Assembly (NCBI GenBank): GCA_963699285.1
Contig: OY969429.1
Location: 1,018,300-1,082,299, forward strand
Reading direction: 5' to 3'
From: Vulcanimicrobiota bacterium
GTDB taxonomy: Bacteria > Vulcanimicrobiota > Vulcanimicrobiia > Vulcanimicrobiales > Vulcanimicrobiaceae
Length of the DNA stretch: 64,000 nucleotides
The notes under the pieces were generated by a model. It was not told where the DNA came from, searched no databases, and worked only from the letters and a program-made list of their open reading frames with translations. Positions within the stretch are counted from its first letter, which is position 1; every line of letters starts with the position of its first letter. The translations under genes were made by a program, and so were the position numbers. This document shows, piece by piece, positions 28,436 through 39,762 of the stretch.

Positions 28436-29592
28436 CGCGCGACCGGCGAACCGTCTTTGACGACCGCGCTGACGTTGCGGAAAGCGCGAGGGTCTTTGCC
28501 GGCATCTGTGGTGAGCAGCAGCAGATCGGCCGGTTCGCCTTCTGCCAGAATGCCGCGCTGCAGGCCGAGAAGATCTGAGGCGACCGCCGTCGCGGCGTGC
28601 AGCGCTTGCTGGGGTGTCATCCCGACCAGCGTGTGCATCAGCTCCACTTCGTGCGCGTAGTCCTCGTGAAGGTTAAAAGGCGTGCCTGCGTCCGATCCGC
28701 CGGCGATCTTCACGCCCGCGTCGAACGCACGCTTGATATTGCGCAGGAGCGCCTCGTTCACGTGCGCGGCTTTCTCGCGTACGTAGGCCGGCATGCCGCC
28801 GTCGGCGGCGTGCTCGAGAATGCAGGCCGGCGCGGACAGCGTCGGCACGAGAAAGACGTCGCGCTTTTTGAAGAGTTCGATCGCTTCGTCGTCGAGCATG
28901 TGGCCGTGCTCGATCGAATCGATGCCGGCACGAAGCGCGTTCTTGATGCCTTCGGTCCCGATCGCGTGCGCGGCGACGCGAAGTCCGTGGCGGTGTGCTT
29001 CGGAAATTGCCGACTCGAGCTCGTCGGGCAGCAGCTGTGCGTTTCCGGGGACCGCGCCCTTGGTCAGCACGCCGCCGGTGGCGATCACTTTGATGCAGTC
29101 CGCGCCGTCGAAGAGCTGCTCGCGAACGGCTTTTCGCGCCTCGTACGGACTATCCACCATGCGGCCGGCAAACCAGCCGTGTCCGCCGGTCATGCAGATG
29201 ACCGAGCCGGCCGCCCGCATTCGCGGGCCCGGAATGCGGCCGGCGGCGATCGCGTCGCGAACGTCCATGGCTACCGAATTCGTGCAGCCGACGTCGCGCA
29301 CCGACGTCACGCCTGCCTGCAGCGTCTTGCGCGCGTTCTCGACCGCGTGGATCACGCGTTGATTCGGCGTGAGCGCCCGCACCGCGTTCATGGTATCGGT
29401 CTCGCCGGTCATCTCGAGATGAACGTGTGCGTTCACCAAACCCGGCGTGACGCACTCGGCGGCCAGATCGAAGTCGCCGCCTTCGGCTGCGTTACGGATC
29501 TCGCGAAGGCGCGTCCCTTCGATGACGAGGTCGACGTTGTGCCTTGGTTTATCGAGCGACCCATCGTAACAAATGCCTGCCCGGACGATCAT
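28432..29592 (-). CDS. metal-dependent amidohydrolase family protein
   Basis: 386 aa. GLVNAHVHLE metal-binding motif, later HAIG and GSDAG. Its stop overlaps the convergent SBP stop (TTAA). Confidence 0.8.
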   Translation of the reverse strand: MIVRAGICYDGSLDKPRHNVDLVIEGTRLREIRNAAEGGDFDLAAECVTPGLVNAHVHLEMTGETDTMNAVRALTPNQRVIHAVENARKTLQAGVTSVRDVGCTNSVAMDVRDAIAAGRIPGPRMRAAGSVICMTGGHGWFAGRMVDSPYEARKAVREQLFDGADCIKVIATGGVLTKGAVPGNAQLLPDELESAISEAHRHGLRVAAHAIGTEGIKNALRAGIDSIEHGHMLDDEAIELFKKRDVFLVPTLSAPACILEHAADGGMPAYVREKAAHVNEALLRNIKRAFDAGVKIAGGSDAGTPFNLHEDYAHEVELMHTLVGMTPQQALHAATAVASDLLGLQRGILAEGEPADLLLLTTDAGKDPRAFRNVSAVVKDGSPVAR

Positions 29593-29605
29593 GGGTGAAG
29601 CTCTC

Positions 29606-30989
<1,384 letters not shown>

Positions 30990-30993
<4 letters not shown>

Positions 30994-31304
30994 TTGCCCG
31001 GCCCTTCCTTGCGGCGGAACATCTGCAGCATTCGCTCGGTGACGGCAAACCCGCCGAAGACGTTGATCGCGCCGAACGTCACTGCCAAGATGCCGAGCAC
31101 CGTGAGTACCGGCGAACCACTTTTCACGAAAACGTCGGCGACCACGATGATCGCGCCGACGAGAACGACACCGTGGATTGCGTTGGTGGCCGACATCAGC
31201 GGCGTGTGTAGCGTCGTCGGAACCTTCGAAACGACTTCGAATCCTACGAAGATCGCCAGCACGAAAACCGTCAGCAGGCTGAGAAGTTGGTCGACCTCCG
31301 TCAC
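30990..31304 (-). CDS. pntAB: NAD(P) transhydrogenase subunit alpha part 2 (membrane)
   Basis: 104 aa with three TM segments, LHTPLMSATNAIHG. GTGA overlaps on both sides. Confidence 0.85.
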
Positions 31305-32422
31305 GGGGTGCTTCCTCCTAAGAGAACGTTGCCGTCGCGGACGATGCAGCTCCCGCGCACGACCTCGTCCTCGGGATCGAGCACGAGTACCCCATCCTTC
31401 ACCATCGGCGAGAGCAACGCGAACAGGTTGCGCGAGTACAACTGGCTGGCGTGATATGGCATGGTTCCCGCGAGGTTCGTCGTTCCGACGATCGTGACGC
31501 CGTTCGGGGACACGATCGTTTCGCCCGGGACGGTCAGCGCGCAGTTCCCGCCCGCTTCCGCCGCGAGGTCCACGATCACGCTGCCCGGTTTCATCGCGGC
31601 CACGGCATCTTCGCTCACGAGCACCGGCGCGCGGCGTCCGGGCACGAGCGCGGTGGTGATCACGACGTCGTTCTTACCGATTTGCTCGACCATCCACACG
31701 CGCTGGCGCTCTTGCTGCTCGGGCGTCAACTCTTTTGCGTAGCCGCCGGCGGCTTCGGCATCCGCTCCAAGATCGAACTCGAGAAACGTAGCGCCCAGCG
31801 ATTGCACTTGCTCCTTGACGACGGCCCGCACGTCGTATCCGCTGACGACGGCGCCGAGCCGGCGGGCCGTCGCGATCGCTTGTAACCCTGCCACGCCGGC
31901 GCCGAGAACGAGTGCTTTCGCCGGTGGGATCGTTCCGGCGGCGGTTGTGAGCATCGGAAAAAACTTCGGCAGCGCCGCTGCGGCGAGCAGCACCGCTTTG
32001 TATCCCGCGATATTGCTCTGCGATGAAAGCGCGTCCATCGACTGCGCGCGCGTGATGCGTGGAATCAACTCGACCGCCAGCGCGGTCACGCCGGCGCCCG
32101 CAAGCCGCTTCGCGTACTCGGGGTCGCCTAGCGGGTTGAGGAAGCCGACGACGACGGCACCCGGCCGCAGCGCCGAGAGCAGCGCGTCGCCCGGACGGCC
32201 GACGGTCGCCACCGCATCGGCGTCGCGCGCCAGTTCGGCGGAATCGGATACGAGCGTTGCGCCGGCCTTCTCGTAGAGCTCGTCGGGAAAGGCAGCTTGC
32301 GTTCCGGCGCCACGCTGAACGCGCACGGTAACGCCGCTTTTCGTAAGACGCGAAACGGTTTCCGGTACGAAGGCAACACGGCGCTCGTCAGAAGCGTCCT
32401 CGCGGGGAACGGCCAAAATCAT
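31301..32422 (-). CDS. pntAA: NAD(P) transhydrogenase subunit alpha part 1 (AlaDH-like dI)
   Basis: 373 aa. LVLGAGVAGLQAIATARRLGA Rossmann fold and overall AlaDH/PNT N- and C-domain pattern. Confidence 0.9.
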   Translation of the reverse strand: MILAVPREDASDERRVAFVPETVSRLTKSGVTVRVQRGAGTQAAFPDELYEKAGATLVSDSAELARDADAVATVGRPGDALLSALRPGAVVVGFLNPLGDPEYAKRLAGAGVTALAVELIPRITRAQSMDALSSQSNIAGYKAVLLAAAALPKFFPMLTTAAGTIPPAKALVLGAGVAGLQAIATARRLGAVVSGYDVRAVVKEQVQSLGATFLEFDLGADAEAAGGYAKELTPEQQERQRVWMVEQIGKNDVVITTALVPGRRAPVLVSEDAVAAMKPGSVIVDLAAEAGGNCALTVPGETIVSPNGVTIVGTTNLAGTMPYHASQLYSRNLFALLSPMVKDGVLVLDPEDEVVRGSCIVRDGNVLLGGSTP

Positions 32423-32458
32423 GAAGGGCGGCGTTCCGCGCGGTTCGGGCGCCTCCTG

Positions 32459-33307
32459 TTATGAAATCGCGATTACGTTGCGCAGCCTGCCGATGCGTTC
32501 GATCTCGACTTCCACGACGTCGCCGTTTTGCAAGAAACGTGGGGGCGTCCGCGCGAAGCCGACGCCGTCGGGCGTTCCCGTCGCGATGACGTCACCTGGC
32601 TCCAGGGTCATGCCTTTGCTCAACTCCGCGATCAGCCTGGCGATCGGGAAGATCATCTGTGACGTGTTGCTGCTCTGCATCGCGACGCCGTTGAGACGCA
32701 GTCCGATTGCCAGCGACTGCGCGTCGTCGATTTCACGGCCGTCCGCTATCCATGGCCCGATCGGGCAGCTCTCGTCCAAGCTCTTTCCTTTGAACCACTG
32801 CAGGTGCGCGCGCTGGAGATCGCGCGCCGTGAGATCGTTCAAACACGTATAGCCGAAGACGACGCCGGCGGCGTCCCGCTCGCGGACGTCCTTGCAACGC
32901 GTTCCGATCACGACCGCGAGTTCGGCCTCGTAGTCGTACTCCCGGGAGACGCGGGAAGCAAAATGGACGGTTGCCTCGGGTCCGACGATTGCCTGCGGAG
33001 CCTTGGTGAAGAAGGTCGGCACGTCCGGCAGTTTGAGCTCGCGTCCGGACGCGCGAGCGCCTTCCTTTGCGTGTTCCAGGTAGTTGCGCCCGACGCAGAA
33101 CACGTTGCGGGCCGGCCGGATCGGCGCGACGAGTTCGATCGACTCGAGCGCGAACCGTTCGCCGGTCGCGCGGCTCGCTCGAGCGCTCGGCTCCAGCGCG
33201 ACGTAGGCGCGCAACGATTCGCAATCGATCGCGCGCACCGTCTTTCCTTCGAGCGTGCCGGGGCGCTCGCGCGCGTCGCCGGGAACGCGGAAACTAACGA
33301 ATCGCAC
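32459..33307 (-). CDS. fumarylacetoacetate hydrolase (FAH) family protein
   Basis: 282 aa. ..VGRNYLEHAKE.., YEAELAVVIG, ..LEPGDVIATGTPDGVG. GTG start. Confidence 0.85.
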   Translation of the reverse strand: MRFVSFRVPGDARERPGTLEGKTVRAIDCESLRAYVALEPSARASRATGERFALESIELVAPIRPARNVFCVGRNYLEHAKEGARASGRELKLPDVPTFFTKAPQAIVGPEATVHFASRVSREYDYEAELAVVIGTRCKDVRERDAAGVVFGYTCLNDLTARDLQRAHLQWFKGKSLDESCPIGPWIADGREIDDAQSLAIGLRLNGVAMQSSNTSQMIFPIARLIAELSKGMTLEPGDVIATGTPDGVGFARTPPRFLQNGDVVEVEIERIGRLRNVIAIS

Positions 33308-33309
33308 CG

Positions 33310-33540
33310 CTATCTCGTCGCCGGCGGATCGTCACCGATGGCTCCGCGCCGTCGCGTAAGGTGCCAGAGGTCGCAGTATTTGCAGGCGTATACGGAGAGG
33401 GTCATGCCGTTCATCGCCGCGACCGCCCGGGCGTGTGCCTCCGACTCGTAGCCGTCTTTCGACGTGCAGCTGCGCGAGCGGTCGGCGACTTCATCGTTAA
33501 ACAAAACGCGCGGCAACGGTCGGTGACGGCGGCGCGCCAC
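33310..33540 (-). CDS. small hypothetical protein with C-terminal CxxC..WH motif
   Basis: 76 aa. ..YESEAHARAVAAMNGMTLSVYACKYCDLWHLT.. It is tightly packed between the neighbouring stop and start. GTG start. No family recognised with certainty. Confidence 0.4.
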   Translation of the reverse strand: MARRRHRPLPRVLFNDEVADRSRSCTSKDGYESEAHARAVAAMNGMTLSVYACKYCDLWHLTRRRGAIGDDPPATR

Positions 33541-33543
33541 GGA

Positions 33544-34068
33544 TTACCGCGGATGCTGCGAAGCGGACGCCGCGGGTGGGACGTTGATGATCTGGTTGAG
33601 GGCCGGCAGCTTCGGCGTCGGCGTTGCTGCCGGGGCGCCTTTCTTGGCCTCGCGCGTCGCGATGTCCATCATCTCGTTGGCGGCGCCTTCTTGGTTGGCC
33701 CAGTTGCCGCCGGCTTGAACCAGCGCGACCGAACGCATCACCTTGTGGCTGGACGGATCGTAGTCGTAGGTGACGCGATACATCCCAACTTCGGCGGTGC
33801 CGTCGGGATGGCGAATCCACATCTGCAAGACGTTACCGTAGGTCTGCGCGTTGAACATGAGATTGCTGCACGACTTGCCGGACTTCACGCGCACGACTTG
33901 GCCTTGCTTGTTTACCTCGACCAGAAATTCGGTGTGCAGCTTCGTGGTCGGGTACGGCGGCGTGGGGTGCGCGGGCCTAGGCGTCGCCGCGGCGAGCGCG
34001 GAGCCGGTGCCAAGTAAAAACATCGTCGCGAGCGCCGCGGCTCGAAGGCGTGGGTGGGCGTCGTTCAT
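33544..34068 (-). CDS. secreted hypothetical protein (possibly TonB-C-like fold)
   Basis: 174 aa. Signal peptide ..LATMFLLGTGSALAAA, a Pro-rich linker, and a compact C-terminal domain. Confidence 0.5.
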   Translation of the reverse strand: MNDAHPRLRAAALATMFLLGTGSALAAATPRPAHPTPPYPTTKLHTEFLVEVNKQGQVVRVKSGKSCSNLMFNAQTYGNVLQMWIRHPDGTAEVGMYRVTYDYDPSSHKVMRSVALVQAGGNWANQEGAANEMMDIATREAKKGAPAATPTPKLPALNQIINVPPAASASQHPR

Positions 34069-34095
34069 AGCGTCCTGTTAGAGTTCGGGGGTTCC

Positions 34096-34260
34096 TTAGT
34101 TGCGCGAGAGTGCCACGAAGGGGTGCCCGCACTTGCCGCAGGCAACGACGACCTGAAGGTGGCGCTTCTCGTCCGCCGCAGCGGCAGGGCCTCCGTCGTC
34201 GCAACCGCAGAAACGGCAAGGGGTAGCGGTAAAGTTCCCCTGCGAGTCGGTTTCGTCCAC
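34096..34260 (-). CDS. possible 54-aa zinc-ribbon protein
   Basis: Not in the ORF track (below the length cutoff). VDETDSQGNFTATPCRFCGCDD..VVACGKCGHPFVALSRN has two CxxC pairs and GC3-rich codons. The GTG start has poor SD spacing. Confidence 0.25.
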   Translation of the reverse strand: MDETDSQGNFTATPCRFCGCDDGGPAAAADEKRHLQVVVACGKCGHPFVALSRN

Positions 34261-34358
34261 GCTCCCAGCTTACGCGAGGCCTTGAAAGTGCCCTGCCCGG
34301 CCGCGAGTCCGGCGACCGCAGGCCGCGCCCGCAATCTTCGTCGAAGCCCGTGCCACCC

Positions 34359-36719
34359 ATGGATGTCCGACGATTCGTAGCAGTGGTGCTGCTTTGGTTT
34401 GCAATGTGTCCGGCAACGGCGTCGGCCGAGCGGCCGATCGTCGATCTCCACAAGCTCGACGCGTACTTTGCGCTCTTCGCCGGTGATTCGAGCGTCCCGT
34501 GGAAGCCGACCTCGATTCGCCTGGATACGTACTCCAGCGCTCCGGTTGCTCTGTCCGTCTATCAAGTCGATCCGGCCGAGGTGCTTTCCGCGGGATCCAA
34601 CGAGCGCGCGCGCGCGATCGATACGCGCGGCCGGCGCGCCGTCGCGCGCTTTTCGTACGTACCGCCGGGCGGGTATCAATTTCAATCCAACACCATCGAC
34701 GTGCGCCTGGGCAACCGCGAGGGATTTTTCGTGGTCGAGGCGCGACGGGGTAGCGTGGGCGAGCAAGTGTGGATCAATCGCACTCGCGTTGGCCTCTTTG
34801 CGAAAGGTACGGCATCGGAGCTGCTACTCTACGGGGCCGACCTGGGAACCGGCCGAGCGATTCCCGGTATGCGCGTGCAGCTGGTGGTCGGAGCGCATTT
34901 TGACGAGCGCACGACGGACCGCCGCGGGATCGTCGAATGGACCGAGCGTTCGCGCCCGGTCTTCGCGCTGGCGCAGTGGGGCCCAAGCTACGCGTTCTTG
35001 AGCCTGTTGCCGCAGGCGCCCGTCTCGAACGTGGTAGTCGGCGTCCGGACCGATTCGGCCGTCGTGCATGCCGGCGAAACGATCCGGGTCGTCGGGTTTG
35101 CGCGGGTTCGCAGCGGAAACGTGCTGCGTCCGGCGAGCGGAACGGCGAACGTAACGATGCGATTGGGGGCGGCCGCGATCGGCCAGCAAAACGTGCCCCT
35201 CGATCAAGCCGGCGCGTTCGTCGCGCAAATTCCGGTCCCGGACGGCGCGGCCGCCGGGGACTACGCCGTGCTCGCGCAAACCGGCGGCGGCATCGGCGGA
35301 GCCACCGTTCACGTCGATGCCAACGCGGGCGGTCTTTCGCTCTCGGTAGCGGCGCAGTGCGGCGGGTCGTGCGATCCGTATCGCGACGTGCAGCTCGAAA
35401 TTCACTCTTCTCAAGGAAACCGCGACGTGCGCGTCACCGTCGTACGCTCGCCGCACGTTTACGTCAACGGCGCGCCCGACGGCGTCGCGTGGGCGACGGC
35501 CAAGTGGTTGGATACGACGGTGCGGACCGGTGACGACGGCCGCGCGGTTGTGGCGATCGCCCATCCCACCGACGACCTCGCGTCCACGTACGGCGTCGTC
35601 GTTTCTTCGGGGGGTGCCACCGCCAACACGCGAATCGTCGTGCCGACGGCGCGCGCGGCCGTGCTGGTGCGCGTGGATTCCGACGAGCAGACGGTCGGGA
35701 CGCCACTAGGGTTCGACGTATACGCGAACTCGATGGAAGACGGAAAGCCGGTGGCGGGCGGTGCGGTGACGGTGCAGCTCGTCCACGGTCAATCGGTTCA
35801 GCAGCAGCAACTTAAGCTGGACGGATCCGGGCACGCGCGCGGTTCGTTTTCATCCGCACAACTCGGCACCAACTTGGTCTTCGCGCGGCTGACCACGGCG
35901 GACGGACAACGCGCAACCGACGCCGCACAGGTCTCGGTGATCGCACAAGCGGCCTTCGATCCGTCGGGTGCGGGCAGCCCGAACGTTCGCATCGCACTCG
36001 ACCGCGGTACGTACCACAGCGGCGACGGAGCGCGCGTTGACGCGTCGCTCGATGGCGCGGAAGGCGATGCGTTGCTGACGCTGGATAGCGCGCTGGACGT
36101 TTCGGCCGGCGTCGCCCCTGTGGCGGGCGGTCGCGCAACCGCGAATCTGCGCGTCCGCAATTCGGTCGGCGCGCTGCGGGCGTCGGCGGCGTTCGTACGA
36201 GACGGTTCGATCGAATGGAATGCGTCGCCGCTGGTGCTCGACGCGCCCGGGCGGCCGGCGTTCGTGGCGCTCGCCTCGGTTCCGTCCTCGTTCTCGCCCG
36301 GCGAAGCCACGACGGTGACGCTTCGCGATCAGCAACCGGGTCCGGGAACCGCCGTCGTTCGTCTCTCGCGCGGAGATCCGTCGGGGAGCGCGCTCTTCGA
36401 CTCGGCGCCCGGCCTGCTCGACGTCGGTCTGGCTACGACGCAGAATAGCGCTCCTGCGGGCGTAACGTGGCATCCGTGGGTGGACTCGACCGGAAATCAC
36501 GCGCAGGTGATCGGGTTCGTCGCCCGGACTGCGGCGCCGCAGGATTTGGCCATCGCGCAAGCCGCAACCCAAGCCGTTTCGTGGAACGTCGCGCGCGTCA
36601 CCGGAACCACCATCCCGGTTCAAATGCCGCAAGAACGCGGACGCTATACGCTATCGGTATTGAAGATCTCCGACGACGGTCGCGTCACCGCGTCTTCCGC
36701 GGTGATCGTGGTACAGTAA
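34359..36719 (+). CDS. large secreted protein of unknown function (repetitive beta-sandwich/MG-like architecture suspected)
   Basis: ORF 34350..36719. Signal peptide MDVRRFVAVVLLWFAMCPATASA. Long Ala/Gly/Val-rich, all-beta-looking sequence. No catalytic motif recognised. Confidence 0.6.
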   Translation: MDVRRFVAVVLLWFAMCPATASAERPIVDLHKLDAYFALFAGDSSVPWKPTSIRLDTYSSAPVALSVYQVDPAEVLSAGSNERARAIDTRGRRAVARFSYVPPGGYQFQSNTIDVRLGNREGFFVVEARRGSVGEQVWINRTRVGLFAKGTASELLLYGADLGTGRAIPGMRVQLVVGAHFDERTTDRRGIVEWTERSRPVFALAQWGPSYAFLSLLPQAPVSNVVVGVRTDSAVVHAGETIRVVGFARVRSGNVLRPASGTANVTMRLGAAAIGQQNVPLDQAGAFVAQIPVPDGAAAGDYAVLAQTGGGIGGATVHVDANAGGLSLSVAAQCGGSCDPYRDVQLEIHSSQGNRDVRVTVVRSPHVYVNGAPDGVAWATAKWLDTTVRTGDDGRAVVAIAHPTDDLASTYGVVVSSGGATANTRIVVPTARAAVLVRVDSDEQTVGTPLGFDVYANSMEDGKPVAGGAVTVQLVHGQSVQQQQLKLDGSGHARGSFSSAQLGTNLVFARLTTADGQRATDAAQVSVIAQAAFDPSGAGSPNVRIALDRGTYHSGDGARVDASLDGAEGDALLTLDSALDVSAGVAPVAGGRATANLRVRNSVGALRASAAFVRDGSIEWNASPLVLDAPGRPAFVALASVPSSFSPGEATTVTLRDQQPGPGTAVVRLSRGDPSGSALFDSAPGLLDVGLATTQNSAPAGVTWHPWVDSTGNHAQVIGFVARTAAPQDLAIAQAATQAVSWNVARVTGTTIPVQMPQERGRYTLSVLKISDDGRVTASSAVIVVQ

Positions 36720-36724
36720 GCGTT

Positions 36725-39340
36725 ATGCCGAAGCTGATGCTGCTCGACACGTACGGATTGGTTTATCGCGCGTTTTTTGCGCTTCCTCCGCTGACCACTC
36801 GCGCCGGCGTTCCGATCAATGCCGCGTACGGCTTCGCGATGATGCTGAACAAGTTGATCGCAGACGAGCGGCCGACGCACGCGATCGCCGCCTTCGATAA
36901 GGGAATGCCGGCCGAACGCGTGGCGCTGTATAAGGAATACAAAGCGCAACGAGAGGCCATGCCGGAGGATTTGCGCGGGCAGTTCGCGCTGGTGCGCCGG
37001 ATTCTGGAGACGTACGGCATCCCCGTCGCCGAAATCGAGGGGCAGGAGGCCGACGACGTTATCGCCACGCTGGCGCATCAGGCCGCCGAGGCCGGGGCCG
37101 AGACGGTCGTCGTGACGGGCGATCTCGATTTGCTGCAAATCGCCGACGAGCACACGACGATACTGACCACGAAGCGCGGTATCACCGAATTGGGTCGCTA
37201 CGATCCGGCGGCGGTCTACGAGCGTTTCGAGCTGCAACCCTCGCAACTTCCGGATTATCGGGGCCTTAAGGGCGACCCGTCCGACAATCTTCCCGGCATT
37301 CCGGGCGTGGGCGAAAAGACGGCCGTTAAATTGATCAAATCGGCCGGATCGCTCGACGCGTTGGTCGCCGATCCCACCCTCGCCGGATCGGAAAAGCTGC
37401 GCGGACTCATCGAACGGTACGGCCTGCAGGCCCAGGTTTGCCGCGACGTTTCCGTGGTTCGGCGCGACCTGAACGTGCCGCTCGATTGGGACGCGAGCCT
37501 TTATCACGCGCCGGGTAACGATGCGCTCTATGCGCTGTACGGCGATCTGGAATTCAAGACTCTGCTGGCCAAACTGTCCGCGCCCGTGGACGCACCGCTC
37601 TTCGAAGAAGCGCGCGCGCTCGCTGGCGACTACCGCTCCTTTTCGGCCGCGGTCGATCCGCCGGAGTTCGCGCGCCTGGGCACCGCGCTGGCGGAGCTCG
37701 CGGCTCGTGCCCCGCTCGGCCTGGCGTTGCGCGGCGACGAACTAGGCGTGAGCGGCGCGGCCGGCACCGGGATCTCGCTGCCGCTGGCCGCGCTGGCTCA
37801 CGACCCCGTACGCGAGGGCTTGACGCGGGCGCTGGCGGATCGCCGGGACGTCGTCGCGTACGACGCAAAGAACGTGGCGCGCGCGCTCCACGCGCACGGC
37901 ATCGCGGCCGGTCCGTTTTCGGACGATCCCATGATCGCGGCGCATCTCCTCGATACCGCCGCTCGCAATTTCGCGCGCGCCGGCGATGCGGCGTCGGCCT
38001 TTCTGGATGGGGCGCTCGCCGACGACGCGGCGGCGTACGCCGACGGCGCGCTGCGGATGATTCCGGAGATGCGCGCGAGATTGGAAGAGCGCGGCCAAAT
38101 CTCCCTCTACTCCGGGGTGGAGGTTCCGCTCGCTCCGATCCTAGCGAAGATGGAGGCGGCGGGCGTGGCGATCGATCCGTCCGAGCTCGTCGTGCTATCG
38201 CGCGAAATCGACGAGGCGGCGGCGCGTTTGCAGCAACGCATCTACGATTTCTCGGGCGAAACGTTCAACATCGGTTCGCCTCAGCAACTGGGCGCGGTGC
38301 TGTTCGAGAAACTTCAGATTCCGGGGGGCAAGAAGAACAAAACGGGGTGGTCGACCGGGGCGGACGTCTTGCATGCGCTAGCCCGCGAATATCCGATTTG
38401 TTCGGTGGTGTTGGAATGGCGAGAGGTGACGAAGCTCAAGAATACATACGTGGACGTTATCCCGCAGCTGATCGACCCGGCCGACGGACGGCTGCGGACC
38501 GTGTTCAACCAGACGGCAACCGCCACGGGGCGCCTCTCGTCTACCAGTCCGAACCTGCAGAACGTGCCGGTGCGCGGCGAACTCGGCCGTCGCATTCGAC
38601 GCGCGTTCGTAGCGAAGAGCGGCGACTACGCGTTGTTGGCCGCGGATTACAGCCAGATCGAGCTTCGCATCATGGCGCACATGTCCGGAGACGAGGCGAT
38701 GCGGCGAGCGTTCCACGAGGGGCAAGACATACACGACTTTACCGCGCGGCAAATCTTCGCCGTTCCGTCCGGGACCGCCGTGGACGACAATCAGCGCCGC
38801 CTGGCCAAGAGCGTCAATTTCGGACTGCTCTACGGCATGTCGGATTTCGGCTTGGCGCAGCGGCTGGAGATCGACCGTTCCCAAGCCAAGGAAATTACGT
38901 CCGCGTATTTCGCACGTTTCCCGTCGATCCGCGAGTATATCGAGCGTACGCTCGAGCGGGGGCGCACCGACGGATACGTCTCGACGCTTCTGGGCCGGCG
39001 CCGTTACATGCCGTCGCTGGCGTCGTCCAATTACGCAATGCGCTCTGCTGCGGAACGCGAAGCGACCAACGCTCCGTTGCAAGGTAGTGCGGCGGACCTC
39101 ATGAAGCTCGCGATGGTCGAAGTGGATCGCGCGCTCGGCAAAGCTGGGGTGGACGCGACGATGCTCCTGCAAATTCACGACGAGTTGATCTTCGAAGTCG
39201 CGGCATCCGATTTGGCGCAAACGGCCCGGATCGTGCGCGCGAGCATGGAGGGCGCCATCGAGATTTCCGTTCCACTCGAAGTCACGTTGAAGTCCGGCCG
39301 GAACTGGTACGACGTGGAGACGTTCGACGATGCCGATTGA
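36725..39340 (+). CDS. polA: DNA polymerase I
   Basis: Internal ATG 36725 of ORF 36467..39340. 5'-nuclease LLDTYGLVYRAFFA..GDPSDNLPGIPGVGEKTA. Pol motif A DYSQIELR, motif B RRLAKSVNFGLLYG, motif C QIHDELIFE. Confidence 0.95.
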   Translation: MPKLMLLDTYGLVYRAFFALPPLTTRAGVPINAAYGFAMMLNKLIADERPTHAIAAFDKGMPAERVALYKEYKAQREAMPEDLRGQFALVRRILETYGIPVAEIEGQEADDVIATLAHQAAEAGAETVVVTGDLDLLQIADEHTTILTTKRGITELGRYDPAAVYERFELQPSQLPDYRGLKGDPSDNLPGIPGVGEKTAVKLIKSAGSLDALVADPTLAGSEKLRGLIERYGLQAQVCRDVSVVRRDLNVPLDWDASLYHAPGNDALYALYGDLEFKTLLAKLSAPVDAPLFEEARALAGDYRSFSAAVDPPEFARLGTALAELAARAPLGLALRGDELGVSGAAGTGISLPLAALAHDPVREGLTRALADRRDVVAYDAKNVARALHAHGIAAGPFSDDPMIAAHLLDTAARNFARAGDAASAFLDGALADDAAAYADGALRMIPEMRARLEERGQISLYSGVEVPLAPILAKMEAAGVAIDPSELVVLSREIDEAAARLQQRIYDFSGETFNIGSPQQLGAVLFEKLQIPGGKKNKTGWSTGADVLHALAREYPICSVVLEWREVTKLKNTYVDVIPQLIDPADGRLRTVFNQTATATGRLSSTSPNLQNVPVRGELGRRIRRAFVAKSGDYALLAADYSQIELRIMAHMSGDEAMRRAFHEGQDIHDFTARQIFAVPSGTAVDDNQRRLAKSVNFGLLYGMSDFGLAQRLEIDRSQAKEITSAYFARFPSIREYIERTLERGRTDGYVSTLLGRRRYMPSLASSNYAMRSAAEREATNAPLQGSAADLMKLAMVEVDRALGKAGVDATMLLQIHDELIFEVAASDLAQTARIVRASMEGAIEISVPLEVTLKSGRNWYDVETFDDAD

Positions 39341-39752
39341 CTCGCCGCCGCCGCTGCCTCCGGCGCCTCCGGCCATCGTCGTGCGCGCGCCGCTCGCGAC
39401 GCTGCATCTGGAAGTTGCAGTCACGCAGTCGCAACGCGAACGCGGATTGATGGATCGCAGCGTACTTCCGGCAAACACCGGCATGCTGTTCGTCTTCGAT
39501 GCCGACGGGCCGGTGGATTTCTGGATGAAGGACACGCTCGTTCCGCTCGACATGATCTTTATCGCCGGCGACGGGACCGTACGTAAGGTATTCGCGCGCG
39601 TTCCGACGGTGGCGCCGTCGCTTCCGGATGGGCGGATCCCGCTCGAAGCCGGCAACGCGCGCTACGTCATCGAGCTGCCCGCCGGAGAGGCCGCAACCGA
39701 CGGAATCGTGCCGGGGACCAAACTCCCCGACGTCACGTCGCAGCGCGGCTAG
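39330..39752 (+). CDS. DUF192 domain-containing protein
   Basis: 140 aa. ..ERERGLMDR..GMLFVF..FWMKDTLVPLDMIF.. is typical of DUF192. It overlaps the polA end by 11 nt. Confidence 0.75.
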   Translation: MPIDSPPPLPPAPPAIVVRAPLATLHLEVAVTQSQRERGLMDRSVLPANTGMLFVFDADGPVDFWMKDTLVPLDMIFIAGDGTVRKVFARVPTVAPSLPDGRIPLEAGNARYVIELPAGEAATDGIVPGTKLPDVTSQRG

Positions 39753-39762
39753 AGCCGAGAAG

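Noticed and set aside
36467-36724. N-terminal extensions of listed ORFs: polA from 36467, murE from 54349, murD from 58443, mraY from 58318, murG from 61743, ftsE to 12086, LOG to 22125.
   Set aside because: The extensions overlap the preceding, well-supported genes and translate to Arg/Pro-rich nonsense. Conserved N-termini begin at internal ATG/GTG/TTG codons that often overlap the upstream stop (ATGA/GTGA).
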